A DNA stretch of 64,000 nt from Spirochaetia bacterium (GCA_965199955.1 CBDATQ010000001.1:128001-192000); one strand, 5' to 3'; counted from the first letter of the stretch, positions 41,742 to 51,964 are shown. Numbers and translations are program-made. The notes: generated by a model not told the origin, from the letters alone.

Positions 41742-42282
41742 TCGAGTCGCACATCTGCGATCTCGTGGAATCGATCCCGATCACAGCTTCGATAGTACGC
41801 CGCTGAATCTTCGTACCCAAGATCCATGTCCGGCCTACAATTGAAAGCTCCCTACGGGATCGACTCTGCCCTCGTGAAGTTCTGAACCTCCCGGAAGAAA
41901 TCTGCCGCGCTCGACGGCGCCGAGTGCAGCTCGGGTTGCGGCATCGTCCAGTCACACTGGCGATGCCTGCGACGCTGCTCTCTGCAATGAAGGCCGCTGC
42001 TCTTCACCGACTCGGTTAGCATACAAAGACCGAGGGATACGACGATCCTCGGTGATCAAATCGTTCCTTGGTCGCCAAAATGCCTGCCACCGCGGCGGTT
42101 CGACGCTGAGCGCGCCATGCTCGGACCGATGGCGCGGGGAGATGCGAGGTGGATGGACGTGGACCTGATCGTCTCTCACCGAAGGAGCCTGCTATGGGCG
42201 GCACGCACGACCAGAATCAGCGGCATGACTGAACTTGAGCGCCCCTCCCGGAAGCGGTAGAGTGCCGGTGCAGGTTCTGGCT

Positions 42283-44040
42283 GTGGACGAGGTTCCCGCT
42301 TACCCGCGCATTCCCTACGGGCAGGCCGACTTCCGGCGCATCCGCCTGCGCAAGTGGCTGTACGTCGACAAGACGCGCTTCCTGCGGCGCCTGGAACGGG
42401 AGGACTACGTCTTCCTGATCCGCCCGCGGCGGTTCGGCAAGTCGCTGTGGGTGTCCCTGCTGGAGAACTACTACGACCGCTGGTGGGGCCACGAGTTCGA
42501 CGCCACCTTCGCCGACACCGACATCGGCCGCAACCCCACCGACGACCGCCACCGCTACGTGGTACTGCGTTTCAACTTCTCGATGGTCGACGATGCCCTG
42601 GAGACCCTGGAGGAACGCTTCGAGGGTCATTGCCACACGGAGCTCCGGGGGGCGTTGCGCCGGCATCCCGACCTGTTCCCGGAAGCGGCGCTCCGGGAGA
42701 TCCTCGCACCGCCGTCTATCACCGGGAAACTTGGCGAGCTGTTTCGCTACGCCGGTGACCACGACATCCCGCTGTACGTGCTGATCGACGAGTACGACAA
42801 CTTCGCCAACACCGTGCTGGCGCACCACGGCGCGGAGGCGTACCACTCCTTCACCCATGGCGGCGGCTTCTTTCGCAGCTTCTTCGCCACTCTCAAGGGA
42901 GGCACCGACCGCAGCGGCGGCGGCATCGATCGCCTGTTCATCACCGGGGTGTCGCCGGTGACCATGGACGACGTCACCAGTGGCTTCAACATCGGCACCA
43001 ACATCAGTCTGGAGCCGGACTTCAACGAGATGGTCGGCTTCACCGAGGCGGAAGTGCGGCGCCTGGTCGAGACCTACCGGGAGCGCGGCGTGTTCGCTCA
43101 GGACGTGGACGAAGCCATGGAACTGATGGGCGAGTGGTACAACGGCTACCGATTCGCACCGCAAGCGGACGCCGATCTGTACAACACCGACATGGTGCTC
43201 TACTACCTGAAGCACTCGATCCCGAACCGGGGCGTGCCGGACTACCTGATCGACACCAACGTGCGCATCGACTACGGCAAGCTGCGTCACTTGCTGGTGG
43301 TGGGGCGGCAACTCAACGGCAACTTCGACCTGCTGCGGGAGGTCATCGGCGAGGGGCGCAAAGACCTGCCGCGCATCCAGCCGAGCTTCCCGTTGAAGCA
43401 GCTCACCGACCGGCAGAACTTCCTGTCGCTGCTGCACTACTTCGGGCTGCTGAGCATACGCGCCGTGGTGGACGGCATGCCGCGGCTGGCGATCCCGAAC
43501 CAGACCGTGAAGCAGTTGATGTACGGGTACCTTCGCGACGGCTACCGGGACGTGGAGGCATTCCGGGTCGACCTTTTCCGGTTCGAGCAGTTGATGCTGC
43601 GGATGGCCAACCAGGGCGAGTGGCGGCCGGCATTCGAGTTCCTGGGCGAAGCGATCGCCGCGCAGACCGGGATTCGCGACTACATCGCCGGCGAGAAGAT
43701 CGTCCAGGGGTTCCTGGCGGCGTACCTGAGCGTGACCGACTTCTACGTGTTCCGGTCCGAGGCGGAGCTGGGGAAGGGACACGCGGACATCAGCCTGGAG
43801 CCGCTCGTGGCGCGCTTCCCTCACCTGCGGATCGGTTACCTGATCGAGTTGAAGTACCTGAAGCGCAGCGAGCCCGCGGACGACGCGGGCGTGGCGGCCG
43901 CGGTCAGCGATGCGAGAGCGCAACTGAGACGCTACCTGGCGGACGAGCGGCTGGCGCGGCAGTATCCGGGGGTGCGGTTCACGGGACTGGCGGTGGTGTT
44001 CCACGGCTGGGAGCTGGCGTTCTGCGACGCAGTGGCGTAG
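42283..44040 (+). CDS. AAA-ATPase-like domain plus C-terminal PD-(D/E)XK nuclease, copy 2
   Basis: Same motifs; GHADI...ELK; collinear paralog of copy 1. Confidence 0.9.
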   Translation: MDEVPAYPRIPYGQADFRRIRLRKWLYVDKTRFLRRLEREDYVFLIRPRRFGKSLWVSLLENYYDRWWGHEFDATFADTDIGRNPTDDRHRYVVLRFNFSMVDDALETLEERFEGHCHTELRGALRRHPDLFPEAALREILAPPSITGKLGELFRYAGDHDIPLYVLIDEYDNFANTVLAHHGAEAYHSFTHGGGFFRSFFATLKGGTDRSGGGIDRLFITGVSPVTMDDVTSGFNIGTNISLEPDFNEMVGFTEAEVRRLVETYRERGVFAQDVDEAMELMGEWYNGYRFAPQADADLYNTDMVLYYLKHSIPNRGVPDYLIDTNVRIDYGKLRHLLVVGRQLNGNFDLLREVIGEGRKDLPRIQPSFPLKQLTDRQNFLSLLHYFGLLSIRAVVDGMPRLAIPNQTVKQLMYGYLRDGYRDVEAFRVDLFRFEQLMLRMANQGEWRPAFEFLGEAIAAQTGIRDYIAGEKIVQGFLAAYLSVTDFYVFRSEAELGKGHADISLEPLVARFPHLRIGYLIELKYLKRSEPADDAGVAAAVSDARAQLRRYLADERLARQYPGVRFTGLAVVFHGWELAFCDAVA

Positions 44041-44204
44041 CAACCGATCACGGTCGTCCGGGGTCGCTCTCTCATCTGGCGCGCTACCGCGTAAAGTTTC
44101 TCAAGGTTGCAGGCCGGCGCGACCGATTACATTGAATGGGGCCTCCGTCGGTAATATCCGACGGCCTCATTGAGCGGCGCGTTATGGAAGTGCCGGTCAG
44201 TCGG

Positions 44205-45974
44205 TCAGTCGGTCACGGCGCCGAGCTGCGCTTCGACCAGCGTGCGATAGCGGCTTTCGGCGGCCAGCAGCTCGTCGGCGGTCCCGGACTCGATGATGCG
44301 GCCGGCCTCCAGCACGACCACGCGGTCGGCGCGCTCGATGGTGGAGCGGCGGTGGGCGATCACCAGCGCGGTGCGGCCGGACAGCAGGCGCGACATCGCT
44401 TCCTGGATCAGCTCCTCGGTCTCGGCGTCCACGGACGAGGTGGCTTCGTCCAGAATCAGGATGGGAGCGTCCTTGAGCAGGGCGCGGGCGATCGCGATCC
44501 GCTGGCGCTGGCCGCCGGAGAGACGCACGCCGCGGTCGCCCACCACCGTGTCCCAGCCGTCCGGGAGCGTGTCGATGAACTCCTCGGCGTTCGCGGCGCG
44601 GGCGGCGGCCCGCAGCGCGCCGTCGCCGGCATCGGGGCGCCCGAACAGGATGTTGTCGCGCACGCTGCCATGGAACAGGAACACCTCCTGGTTGACCACC
44701 GCCACCCGCCGGCGCAGGAACGGCAGGTCCAGGGTGCGCACGTCGTGGCCGCCGACCAGCACACGGCCGGCGTCGGGGTCGTAGAAGCGCGGCACCAGGC
44801 GCGTGACCGTGGTCTTGCCGGAGCCGGTCGGTCCGGCCAGCGACACCACCTCGCCCGGCGCCAGCGTCAGGCTGATCCGGTGCAGCACGGGCGTGCCCGC
44901 GTGGTAGGAGAACGTCACCCGGTCCAGCTCCACGGAACCCTGGAAGGCGGCCGGCACGACCGCGTCCGGCGGACTTTCGATGTCCGGCTCGATCGCCAGC
45001 AGCTCGTCGATGCGCCGGTAGCTGGCCAGCGCGCGGTGCAGGACCTCGCCGATGTCGGCCAGCTTCAGGAACGGCTGGTAGATGAACGTCAGGTAGGCCA
45101 GGAACAGGTACAGGTCGGCCACCTGCAGGCCGCCCCGCAGGGCGGTGGCGCCGCCGACGGCCACGGCCAGGACGACGCCGACGCCGCCGGTCATCTCCAC
45201 GATCGCGTTCGGCAGCATCGAGCGGTGCATGGCGCCGGTCATGTCGTCGCGATAGCGGTCTGCCAGCCGCGCCACGCGCCGCGCCTGCTCGGCCTCGCGG
45301 GTGAACGACTTGATCTCGCTCATTCCCTGCAGGCTGTCCTCCACCAGGGCCACCACTTGCGCGTAACGCTCGCGCACGCGGCGCCACGTTCCGCGGATGG
45401 TGCGGGTCACCAGCCAGGTCACCAGCGCCGCTACCGGCAGCGGGCTGAGCACCACCAGGGTGAGCATGGGGTCGATACTCAGCAGCACCACGATCATGGC
45501 CACGGGGATGGCGACGGCCTGCGCCAGCTCGGGCACGCCGTGGGCGACGAAGTCCTCCAGCGATTCGACGTCGCTCACCGAGCGCGCGATCAGGGTGCCG
45601 GTACGGTTGTCGGCAAAGAAGCGGTGGGAGAGTCGCTGCAGGTGACGGTAGACGCGTTGCAGCAGGTCGCTCAGCAGCGCGTAGGAGGCCTGATGGGAGG
45701 TCAGCCCGTACAGATAGCGGGCGGCGCCGCGCAGCAGGAACGCGCCCACCATGGCCGCGATGACGACCGCCAGCGAGACTCCGTCCGGCGGCCCCGCGCC
45801 GCTTTCCGAACCGCCCGGTGCCGCGGTGACGGCGGCAATGAGGCGGCGGACGTACAGCGGCGGGATCAGCGTGGTGGCCGAGAACAGGAGGCCGCAGGCC
45901 GCCGACAGCCCGATGAGCAGCTTGTGGCGCCGGAACGCGTCGAGGACGCGCCCGGCCTGCTCGGTCTCAGCCAT
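44205..45974 (-). CDS. ABC exporter, fused permease and ATPase (MsbA-like)
   Basis: TM domain plus GPTGSGKT, LSGGQRQR, LDEATSSVD. Confidence 0.9.
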   Translation of the reverse strand: MAETEQAGRVLDAFRRHKLLIGLSAACGLLFSATTLIPPLYVRRLIAAVTAAPGGSESGAGPPDGVSLAVVIAAMVGAFLLRGAARYLYGLTSHQASYALLSDLLQRVYRHLQRLSHRFFADNRTGTLIARSVSDVESLEDFVAHGVPELAQAVAIPVAMIVVLLSIDPMLTLVVLSPLPVAALVTWLVTRTIRGTWRRVRERYAQVVALVEDSLQGMSEIKSFTREAEQARRVARLADRYRDDMTGAMHRSMLPNAIVEMTGGVGVVLAVAVGGATALRGGLQVADLYLFLAYLTFIYQPFLKLADIGEVLHRALASYRRIDELLAIEPDIESPPDAVVPAAFQGSVELDRVTFSYHAGTPVLHRISLTLAPGEVVSLAGPTGSGKTTVTRLVPRFYDPDAGRVLVGGHDVRTLDLPFLRRRVAVVNQEVFLFHGSVRDNILFGRPDAGDGALRAAARAANAEEFIDTLPDGWDTVVGDRGVRLSGGQRQRIAIARALLKDAPILILDEATSSVDAETEELIQEAMSRLLSGRTALVIAHRRSTIERADRVVVLEAGRIIESGTADELLAAESRYRTLVEAQLGAVTD

Positions 45975-46092
45975 CGGTCGACAGCATCCGGACAGTCTAT
46001 CCGGCGCGCGGATGTCGGGCGACGGCCTGGATGCGGACCCGCGCGGCACACTGGCCGCGCCCCGTCCGTCCCATTACACTTGCGTGCTTGAA

Positions 46093-47766
46093 ATGGTACT
46101 GGAGGTTCTTCTCACCCTCGGCCTCCTGGTCGTGGTGGCCAAGCTCGCCGAGGGGGTGTTCAGCCGGTTCGGACTGAGCTCGATCATCGCCTACACCGCG
46201 ACGGGCGTGGTGCTCGGCCCGGTCCTGGGGATCGCCGAGGCGACGCCCGAGATTCAACTCTTCCTGGGCATCGGCATCCTGGTGCTGTTCTTCCTGGTCG
46301 GCCTGGACGAGATCGACATTCCCGGATTCGTCGCGACGTTCTGCGGCCGCTACTTCGTGGCGGCCGTGCTGTCGGTCCTGGTGTCGCTGCTGGCGGCGCT
46401 CATCGTCACGTCGGACCTGCTGAATCTTCGTTTCGCGCTCGGACTGGACTTCACCGAGGCGCTGGCCCTGGCAGGGATCCTGTCGCTGTCCAGCCTGGGA
46501 CTGCTGGCCAAGGTGCTCGCCGACGACGGACACCTCAAGGAGCCGATCGGCCTCAAGATGTTCACGATCGTGACGATCGCGGAGGTGTTCGCCCTGCTGG
46601 TGGTGGGGTTCAGCATCGGCGATCATCATGGCCACGGCAGCCGTGACCTGTCGGCGCTGAACGTGCTGATCCTCCTGGCGCAGATCGCGGGATTCGTGGT
46701 CGTGACGTGGGTCCTGTCGGCCAAGCTGCTGCCGCCGGCGATCCTGTTCCTCCGGCGTTTCATCAGGGTGCCGGAGCTGTCGTTCGGCCTGCTGCTCGGC
46801 GGGCTCTTTCTGGTGGTAGTCGGGGCCGAGAAGATCGGACTGCACGGCACCATCGGGGCGCTGCTGTTCGGCGCGGCGCTCTCGGGGCTGCCCGAGGGCG
46901 TGCGGCACGACATCCTTCCGGGGATGCGCAGCGCGTCGGAAGGTCTGTTCGTCCCTCTGTTCTTCGCGTCGGCCGGCCTGCAATTCGATCTGTCCTTCAC
47001 GGAGATCCCGATCGGGACGATCGCGGCCCTCGTGCTGGTCCCGCTGGTGGGCAAGTTCGCAGGCTCGTTCCTGAGTACGATCGTGACCCGCATCGAGTCG
47101 CCGTTCACGCTGGCCACGGGGCTGATGTCGAAGGGCGTTGCGGAGATCGCCCTGCTGCTGGTGCTGCTGGAGGCCGGGGTGATCGAGCAGAGCGTGTTCT
47201 CGCTGTTCGTGCTCGTCATGTTCGGCTACATCCTGCTGATGCCGCAAGCGATCAAGATCTCGGTCAAGCGCGCGAAGTCGGAGTACGCGCGGATGCCGCA
47301 GGTCATCCCGTCCTACGTCCGGTATGCTCTTTCCGGCGTCAAGATCGGCAGCCTCCTGGACAGGACCCGAAGCTACCCGGACTCGGCCACCACGGTGCAG
47401 AGCTTCCTGGATGACTGGACCGTGCCGAACCATCGCGACTACGTGGTGGTCGATGGCGGTGAGGTGGCGGGGATCGTGTCGATGTCCAAGGTACGATCCG
47501 TTCCCAGGAACGCGCGGGCGACGACGACGCTACGGGATCTGCTGCGAGTACGGACGCCGCATGCCGGGCCCGACGAGTTGATCGTCGACGTCATGGATCG
47601 GATGACGAGCAGCTCGATAACCGTGATACCGGTCATGGACGGCGTCTCGGGACTGTTCCTGGGCACCCTGGCAAGTCATGATGTCATGGACTTGGTCGCC
47701 CTGATGGAAGAGATCAAGGAGGAAGAGAAGTCGATGGGCGCTGCAGCAGGGACGGCTGACGCATAA
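46093..47766 (+). CDS. Cation:proton antiporter (CPA2-like) with a C-terminal CBS pair
   Basis: Many TM helices, FLVGLDE, FVPLFFAS.G, GKF; C-terminal VVDGGEVAGIVS and IPVMD...FLGTL CBS motifs. Confidence 0.85.
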   Translation: MVLEVLLTLGLLVVVAKLAEGVFSRFGLSSIIAYTATGVVLGPVLGIAEATPEIQLFLGIGILVLFFLVGLDEIDIPGFVATFCGRYFVAAVLSVLVSLLAALIVTSDLLNLRFALGLDFTEALALAGILSLSSLGLLAKVLADDGHLKEPIGLKMFTIVTIAEVFALLVVGFSIGDHHGHGSRDLSALNVLILLAQIAGFVVVTWVLSAKLLPPAILFLRRFIRVPELSFGLLLGGLFLVVVGAEKIGLHGTIGALLFGAALSGLPEGVRHDILPGMRSASEGLFVPLFFASAGLQFDLSFTEIPIGTIAALVLVPLVGKFAGSFLSTIVTRIESPFTLATGLMSKGVAEIALLLVLLEAGVIEQSVFSLFVLVMFGYILLMPQAIKISVKRAKSEYARMPQVIPSYVRYALSGVKIGSLLDRTRSYPDSATTVQSFLDDWTVPNHRDYVVVDGGEVAGIVSMSKVRSVPRNARATTTLRDLLRVRTPHAGPDELIVDVMDRMTSSSITVIPVMDGVSGLFLGTLASHDVMDLVALMEEIKEEEKSMGAAAGTADA

Positions 47767-47816
47767 AGGTCCCTTAACCCCTTACACAAGCTCCCTCAAC
47801 CTGTACTATGGAAAGG

Positions 47817-48263
47817 ATGGCCGACATCGATCTGCGGGGCCTTGATCCGGCGACGGCGCGGGAGGTGGTCGCCGGCTATCTGCGATCGTCGCGGGAGTTG
47901 CGGGGAAAGCTGCGATCCGCCCGCGAGCAGGAAGCGCTCTGGCAGAAGCGCACGCTGCTGGCCCGGCAGGCCGGCGACCACGAGCTCGAACATCGGGCCC
48001 AACGTCGGCTGAAGGAGGCGCGCGAGACCAGCGGGAGGCTGAGCGCGGAGGATTTCGAGCTGTCGGCTGTCGTCGATCGGCTGAAGGCGGAGTTGCAGAG
48101 GCTTCGCGCCGCGCCGGAGCTTTCCGGCATCGACGCGGACCAGCTCCTCACCGATCTCCGCTCGATCGCCGGGGAGCCGGATGCGACCGCGGAAGCGTTG
48201 CAGGAACTGCAGACGGAGCGCGAGCTCCGCGAGCTGAAGCGCAGGCTCGAATCCGAACCCTGA
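47817..48263 (+). CDS. Coiled-coil protein, PspA/IM30-like
   Basis: WQKRTLLARQAGDHELEHRA; ends ELRELKRRL. Confidence 0.6.
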   Translation: MADIDLRGLDPATAREVVAGYLRSSRELRGKLRSAREQEALWQKRTLLARQAGDHELEHRAQRRLKEARETSGRLSAEDFELSAVVDRLKAELQRLRAAPELSGIDADQLLTDLRSIAGEPDATAEALQELQTERELRELKRRLESEP

Positions 48264-48432
48264 CCTGAAATCTCCGATGCTGTTTCCTTGTGAGCAACGG
48301 CATTTCACGAAAACATAGCGATTCTGCGAATTGTCCCGCGGAGGAAGGAGCCGCCCGAATGGCTTCCGCGAAGCGTGAAGAGATCGTGGCGGCTGGCGGT
48401 GGGCAGGTGATTCTGCCGGAAGCTGCGCTTGG

Positions 48433-49385
48433 TCAGCGTGCCGGCAGGCCGTCCACGGGCTCGGCGCGGATCGTCCGTCCGTGCGGGCTGTGCGCATCGG
48501 CCCCGCGCAGGAGCGTCTCCACGATGACGGCGCTGCCACCGGACGGCTCCAGCAGGCAGACGTCCGCTTCCCGTCCCGGGGCGAGCAGACCCTTGGTCCC
48601 GCAGCCCAGGAGCGCGGCCGGCCAGGCGCCGAGGAGCGCCGCCAGCGCTTCCGGCCCGGCCAGCCCGCGGGCGGGACCGGATCGATACAGGGCATCGACG
48701 CCAGGCGGATGCCCGGACGTGCTCATCAGCAGCCGCACGGTGCCGTCCGCCACCAGCGGCCACAGGTGGGGATCATCGACCAGCCACGCGGGATCGGTGG
48801 CCGTCAGCGCCCCTGCGCTGCGGGCGCGACGCAGCGCCGCTGCCTCGCGGAGCGGTCCGACCGCTACCCGGCCTCCATGCGTCGCGGCGCGGTTGGCGGC
48901 CTCGACCGCCGCATCCTCATCCCCATCCACACAGATGATGAGCGTGGCCCGCAGCCGGGCAAGCGCCTGCGCGGCGGCATCGAGCAGGGGGGCTCCGCGG
49001 CGCGCCGGCAGCACGAACGCCGTTCGTCCGCGCTCGTGAATCGTTCGCGGCGCGCAGGCGATCTGATCGTCAGTTTCGATCAGCTCCATCGGAACCACGT
49101 CGCAGCACGACGGCTGGCGCGGTTCGGCATCCGCCCATCCGGCGCAGGTGATCCCGGCGTGTGCGAGCCACTCCTGTGGGGGCGTTGCCGCCGAATCGGC
49201 CGGGACCAGCGGCAGCACCCAGCCGGGCAGCACCATCATTCCCATGGCGTCGATCACGCGCCGCGCGGTGGTTCCGCCGGCTCCGGCGCCGACGCCGACG
49301 ATCCAGCCATCGCGGATCGACAGATCGGCGACGAACCGCCCGCCCGGGGCGGCGATCAGCCCTGCCTTGAGCAGGATCGTGTCAT
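48433..49385 (-). pseudogene. Degenerate amidohydrolase (dihydropyrimidinase/dihydroorotase-like)
   Basis: ILLKAG...ADLSIRDGWI...VIDAMGMMVLPG N-terminus and KGLLAPGREAD...ETLLRG C-terminus; no HxH motif; nearest upstream ATG (49385) is out of frame. Confidence 0.6.
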
Positions 49386-49539
49386 GGCCCTGATCCGGCG
49401 GGCCGCCGCGGGGGAGGTTGATGCCCTGTCATAGCATCTACCGTGGGATCTCTGCACGGTCCCTCCGATCCGGCGCGAGCCCGGCCGCCGCCACAGGATT
49501 TGCCGCTGACTCGGCCGATCCGACAGACTCCGGACAGGA

Positions 49540-50655
49540 ATGGCATCCGCCGTAGCCCGTATCCGGCTCGACCACCTGCGGCACAACCTTGCGGCGATTC
49601 GCACGCACGTGCCGCGGGCCACACGGGTGTGCCTTGTGGTCAAGGCCGATGCCTACGGGCACGGGGCGGTCCGTGCGGCACGGGCGGCGTCCGCCCCGGG
49701 CGGGGCGGACCTCCTGGCCGTGAGTTCGGTCGACGAGGGGCGCGAGTTGCGGGAGGCGGGCATCCGCGGTGCAGTGCTGCTGCTCGGTCCCACGGTGCCC
49801 GATCAGGCGGGGGACGTGGCCCGTTGGCGGCTGACGGCGGTCTGCGCCGACGTTGCCACGGTACGTGCGATCGGCACCGCCAACCACGGCGGACCGCCGC
49901 TGCCGGTACATCTCGAATTGGACACCGGCATGCATCGTTCCGGCTGCCGGCCGGCCGCAGCCGTCGCCGTCGCCCGCTCGATCGCGGAACTGGGCGGCGT
50001 CCGCCTGGAGGGCCTCTGCACTCATTTCCCGGCCGCCGATGCAGCAGATCTGGAGCAGACCCGACGCCAGCTCGCGGAACTGGTGGTGCGCGCGCAGGAG
50101 GTGCGCCCGCACCACCCGGACTTGGTCCTGCACGCGGCCAACTCGGCGGCGACCGCCGCGGTGCCGGCGTCGCACCTCGACCTGGTACGGGCCGGGCTGG
50201 CCGCCTACGGCTACGATCCGTCGTTCGGAGGCCGCCTGCAGGGCCGACTCAAGCCGGTCATGGAGCTCTCCACGCGCGTGACCGCGCTGCGCCGTGTCGG
50301 CGCCGGCGATCACGTCTCGTACGGGCAGGAGTACCGGGCTGCGCACGACACGGTGATCGCCACCATCGCGGCCGGCTACGGCGACGGGTACCCGTGGCCC
50401 GGCGGACGTGGCGCGGCGCTGCCGGAGGTCCGCATCGGCGTCGATCGCTACCCGCTTGCGGGCCGCGTGTGCATGGACCACTGCATGATCGACGTGGGTC
50501 CGCGCCCGACGGTGCGCGTCGGTGACCGGGCGGTCCTGTTTGGCCCCGGCGGCCCGACCGGAGCCGACGTGGCGGCCTGGTCGGGCACGATTCCGTACGA
50601 GGTGCTCACCCGCGTTGCCGGACGCGTGGCTCGGCGCTACGCATGGTCGGCGTAG
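49540..50655 (+). CDS. alr: Alanine racemase
   Basis: VVKADAYGHG, LDTGMHR.G, HAANS, GYGDG, GRVCMD, TIPYEV. Confidence 0.95.
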   Translation: MASAVARIRLDHLRHNLAAIRTHVPRATRVCLVVKADAYGHGAVRAARAASAPGGADLLAVSSVDEGRELREAGIRGAVLLLGPTVPDQAGDVARWRLTAVCADVATVRAIGTANHGGPPLPVHLELDTGMHRSGCRPAAAVAVARSIAELGGVRLEGLCTHFPAADAADLEQTRRQLAELVVRAQEVRPHHPDLVLHAANSAATAAVPASHLDLVRAGLAAYGYDPSFGGRLQGRLKPVMELSTRVTALRRVGAGDHVSYGQEYRAAHDTVIATIAAGYGDGYPWPGGRGAALPEVRIGVDRYPLAGRVCMDHCMIDVGPRPTVRVGDRAVLFGPGGPTGADVAAWSGTIPYEVLTRVAGRVARRYAWSA

Positions 50656-50665
50656 CAGGGTTCGG

Positions 50666-51682
50666 TCAGTTCTTGCCTTTGTCGACCAGCCGTTCCTTGT
50701 CGATCCACGGCATCATCGAACGCAGCTCAGCGCCCACCTGTTCGAGCTGGTGCTCGGCGTGCTCGGCGCGATCGGCAAGGAACCGGTGCCGGCCCGCACG
50801 GTTCTCGTCCATCCAGCGCTGTGCGAACGTGCCGTCCTGGATGTCGGCCAGGATGCGCTTCATCTCCGCCTTCACCTCGGGGGAGATCACGCGCGGGCCT
50901 GACTGGTAGTCGCCGTACTCGGCGGTGTCGGAAACCGAGTAGCGCATCAGGGAGATGCCGCCTTCGTACACCAGGTCGACGATCAGTTTCAGTTCGTGGA
51001 TGCACTCGAAATAGGCCATCTCGGGTGCGTAGCCGGCCTCGATCAGCGTCTCGAATCCGGCCCTCATCAAATGCGACACGCCGCCGCAGAGCACCGTCTG
51101 TTCCCCGAACAGGTCGGTCTCGGTCTCCTCGCGGAAGTTGGTCTCGATCACGCCTGCGCGCCCGCCGCCGAGCGCTCCGGCGTAGGCCAGCGCGTTCTCC
51201 TTGGCATGGCCGGAGGCGTCGTTGTGGATCGCCACCAGGCAGGGAACCCCGTATCCCAGCTCGAACTGGCGTCGCACGGTGTGGCCCGGTCCCTTGGGGG
51301 CGACCATCGATACGTCGACCGCGGCGTCGGGCTCGATCTGACCGAAATGGATGTTGAAGCCGTGGGCGAACATCAGCGTTTTCCCGGCGCCGAGGTTGGG
51401 GGCGATCGCGTCCCGATAGACCTCTCCCTGCAGATGGTCGGGGATCAGCATCATCACCATGTCCGCCCAGGCCGCCGCGTCGGCGGTGGGCAGCACGCGA
51501 ATGCCCGCGTCCTCGGCCTTGGCGACGCTGGCGCTGTCCGGGCGCAGCCCGACGGCTACCTCCACTCCCGAATCGCGCAGGTTGTTGGCGTGCGCGAATC
51601 CCTGGCTGCCGTAGCCGATGATGGCGACCTTGGCGCCGTGGACACGGCTCAGATCGATGTCGGCGTCGTAATGGACCTTCAC
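50666..51682 (-). CDS. ilvC: Ketol-acid reductoisomerase
   Basis: [38 protein letters not shown]. Confidence 0.97.
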   Translation of the reverse strand: MKVHYDADIDLSRVHGAKVAIIGYGSQGFAHANNLRDSGVEVAVGLRPDSASVAKAEDAGIRVLPTADAAAWADMVMMLIPDHLQGEVYRDAIAPNLGAGKTLMFAHGFNIHFGQIEPDAAVDVSMVAPKGPGHTVRRQFELGYGVPCLVAIHNDASGHAKENALAYAGALGGGRAGVIETNFREETETDLFGEQTVLCGGVSHLMRAGFETLIEAGYAPEMAYFECIHELKLIVDLVYEGGISLMRYSVSDTAEYGDYQSGPRVISPEVKAEMKRILADIQDGTFAQRWMDENRAGRHRFLADRAEHAEHQLEQVGAELRSMMPWIDKERLVDKGKN

Positions 51683-51810
51683 GTTGCTCCTCCGTGGGCG
51701 AGACGCCCGGGAGGTCGGTGTCGATGACGGACCGCATCATCGGCTCCGCTCTTCCGTGGGCGACGCACGGGAGTCTGTCGGATCGGCGCGTGAGCGGCAA
51801 CCACCGCCGC

Positions 51811-51875
51811 CCGCGCGAGCCTTCCGCGCGAGCCCCCCGCGCGAGTTTGACAAACCGGGGGCCGATCCCTACCGT
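51811..51875 (+). promoter_or_regulatory. Sigma70 promoter preceded by three direct repeats
   Basis: CCGCGCGAG at 51811, 51824 and 51837; TTGACA 51847-51852, 17 bp spacer, TACCGT 51870-51875. Confidence 0.6.
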
Positions 51876-51964
51876 GAATCGAGGCCGGCCGCCGGGCCCC
51901 GCGGGTGAGCGTCCGGGTCGTGCACCGTGCCGATGCCGGCCCATAGAGCAACCGGAGATCTACC

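Noticed and set aside
44135..44172. Hairpin CCGTCGG-TAATAT-CCGACGG downstream of AAA copy 2 as a mobile-element end
   Set aside because: No matching partner seen at the other side of the AAA pair; more simply a terminator-like stem between convergent genes
48264..48432. A/T-richer spacer after the PspA-like gene as an IS fragment
   Set aside because: No terminal repeats or transposase-like translation that I can support
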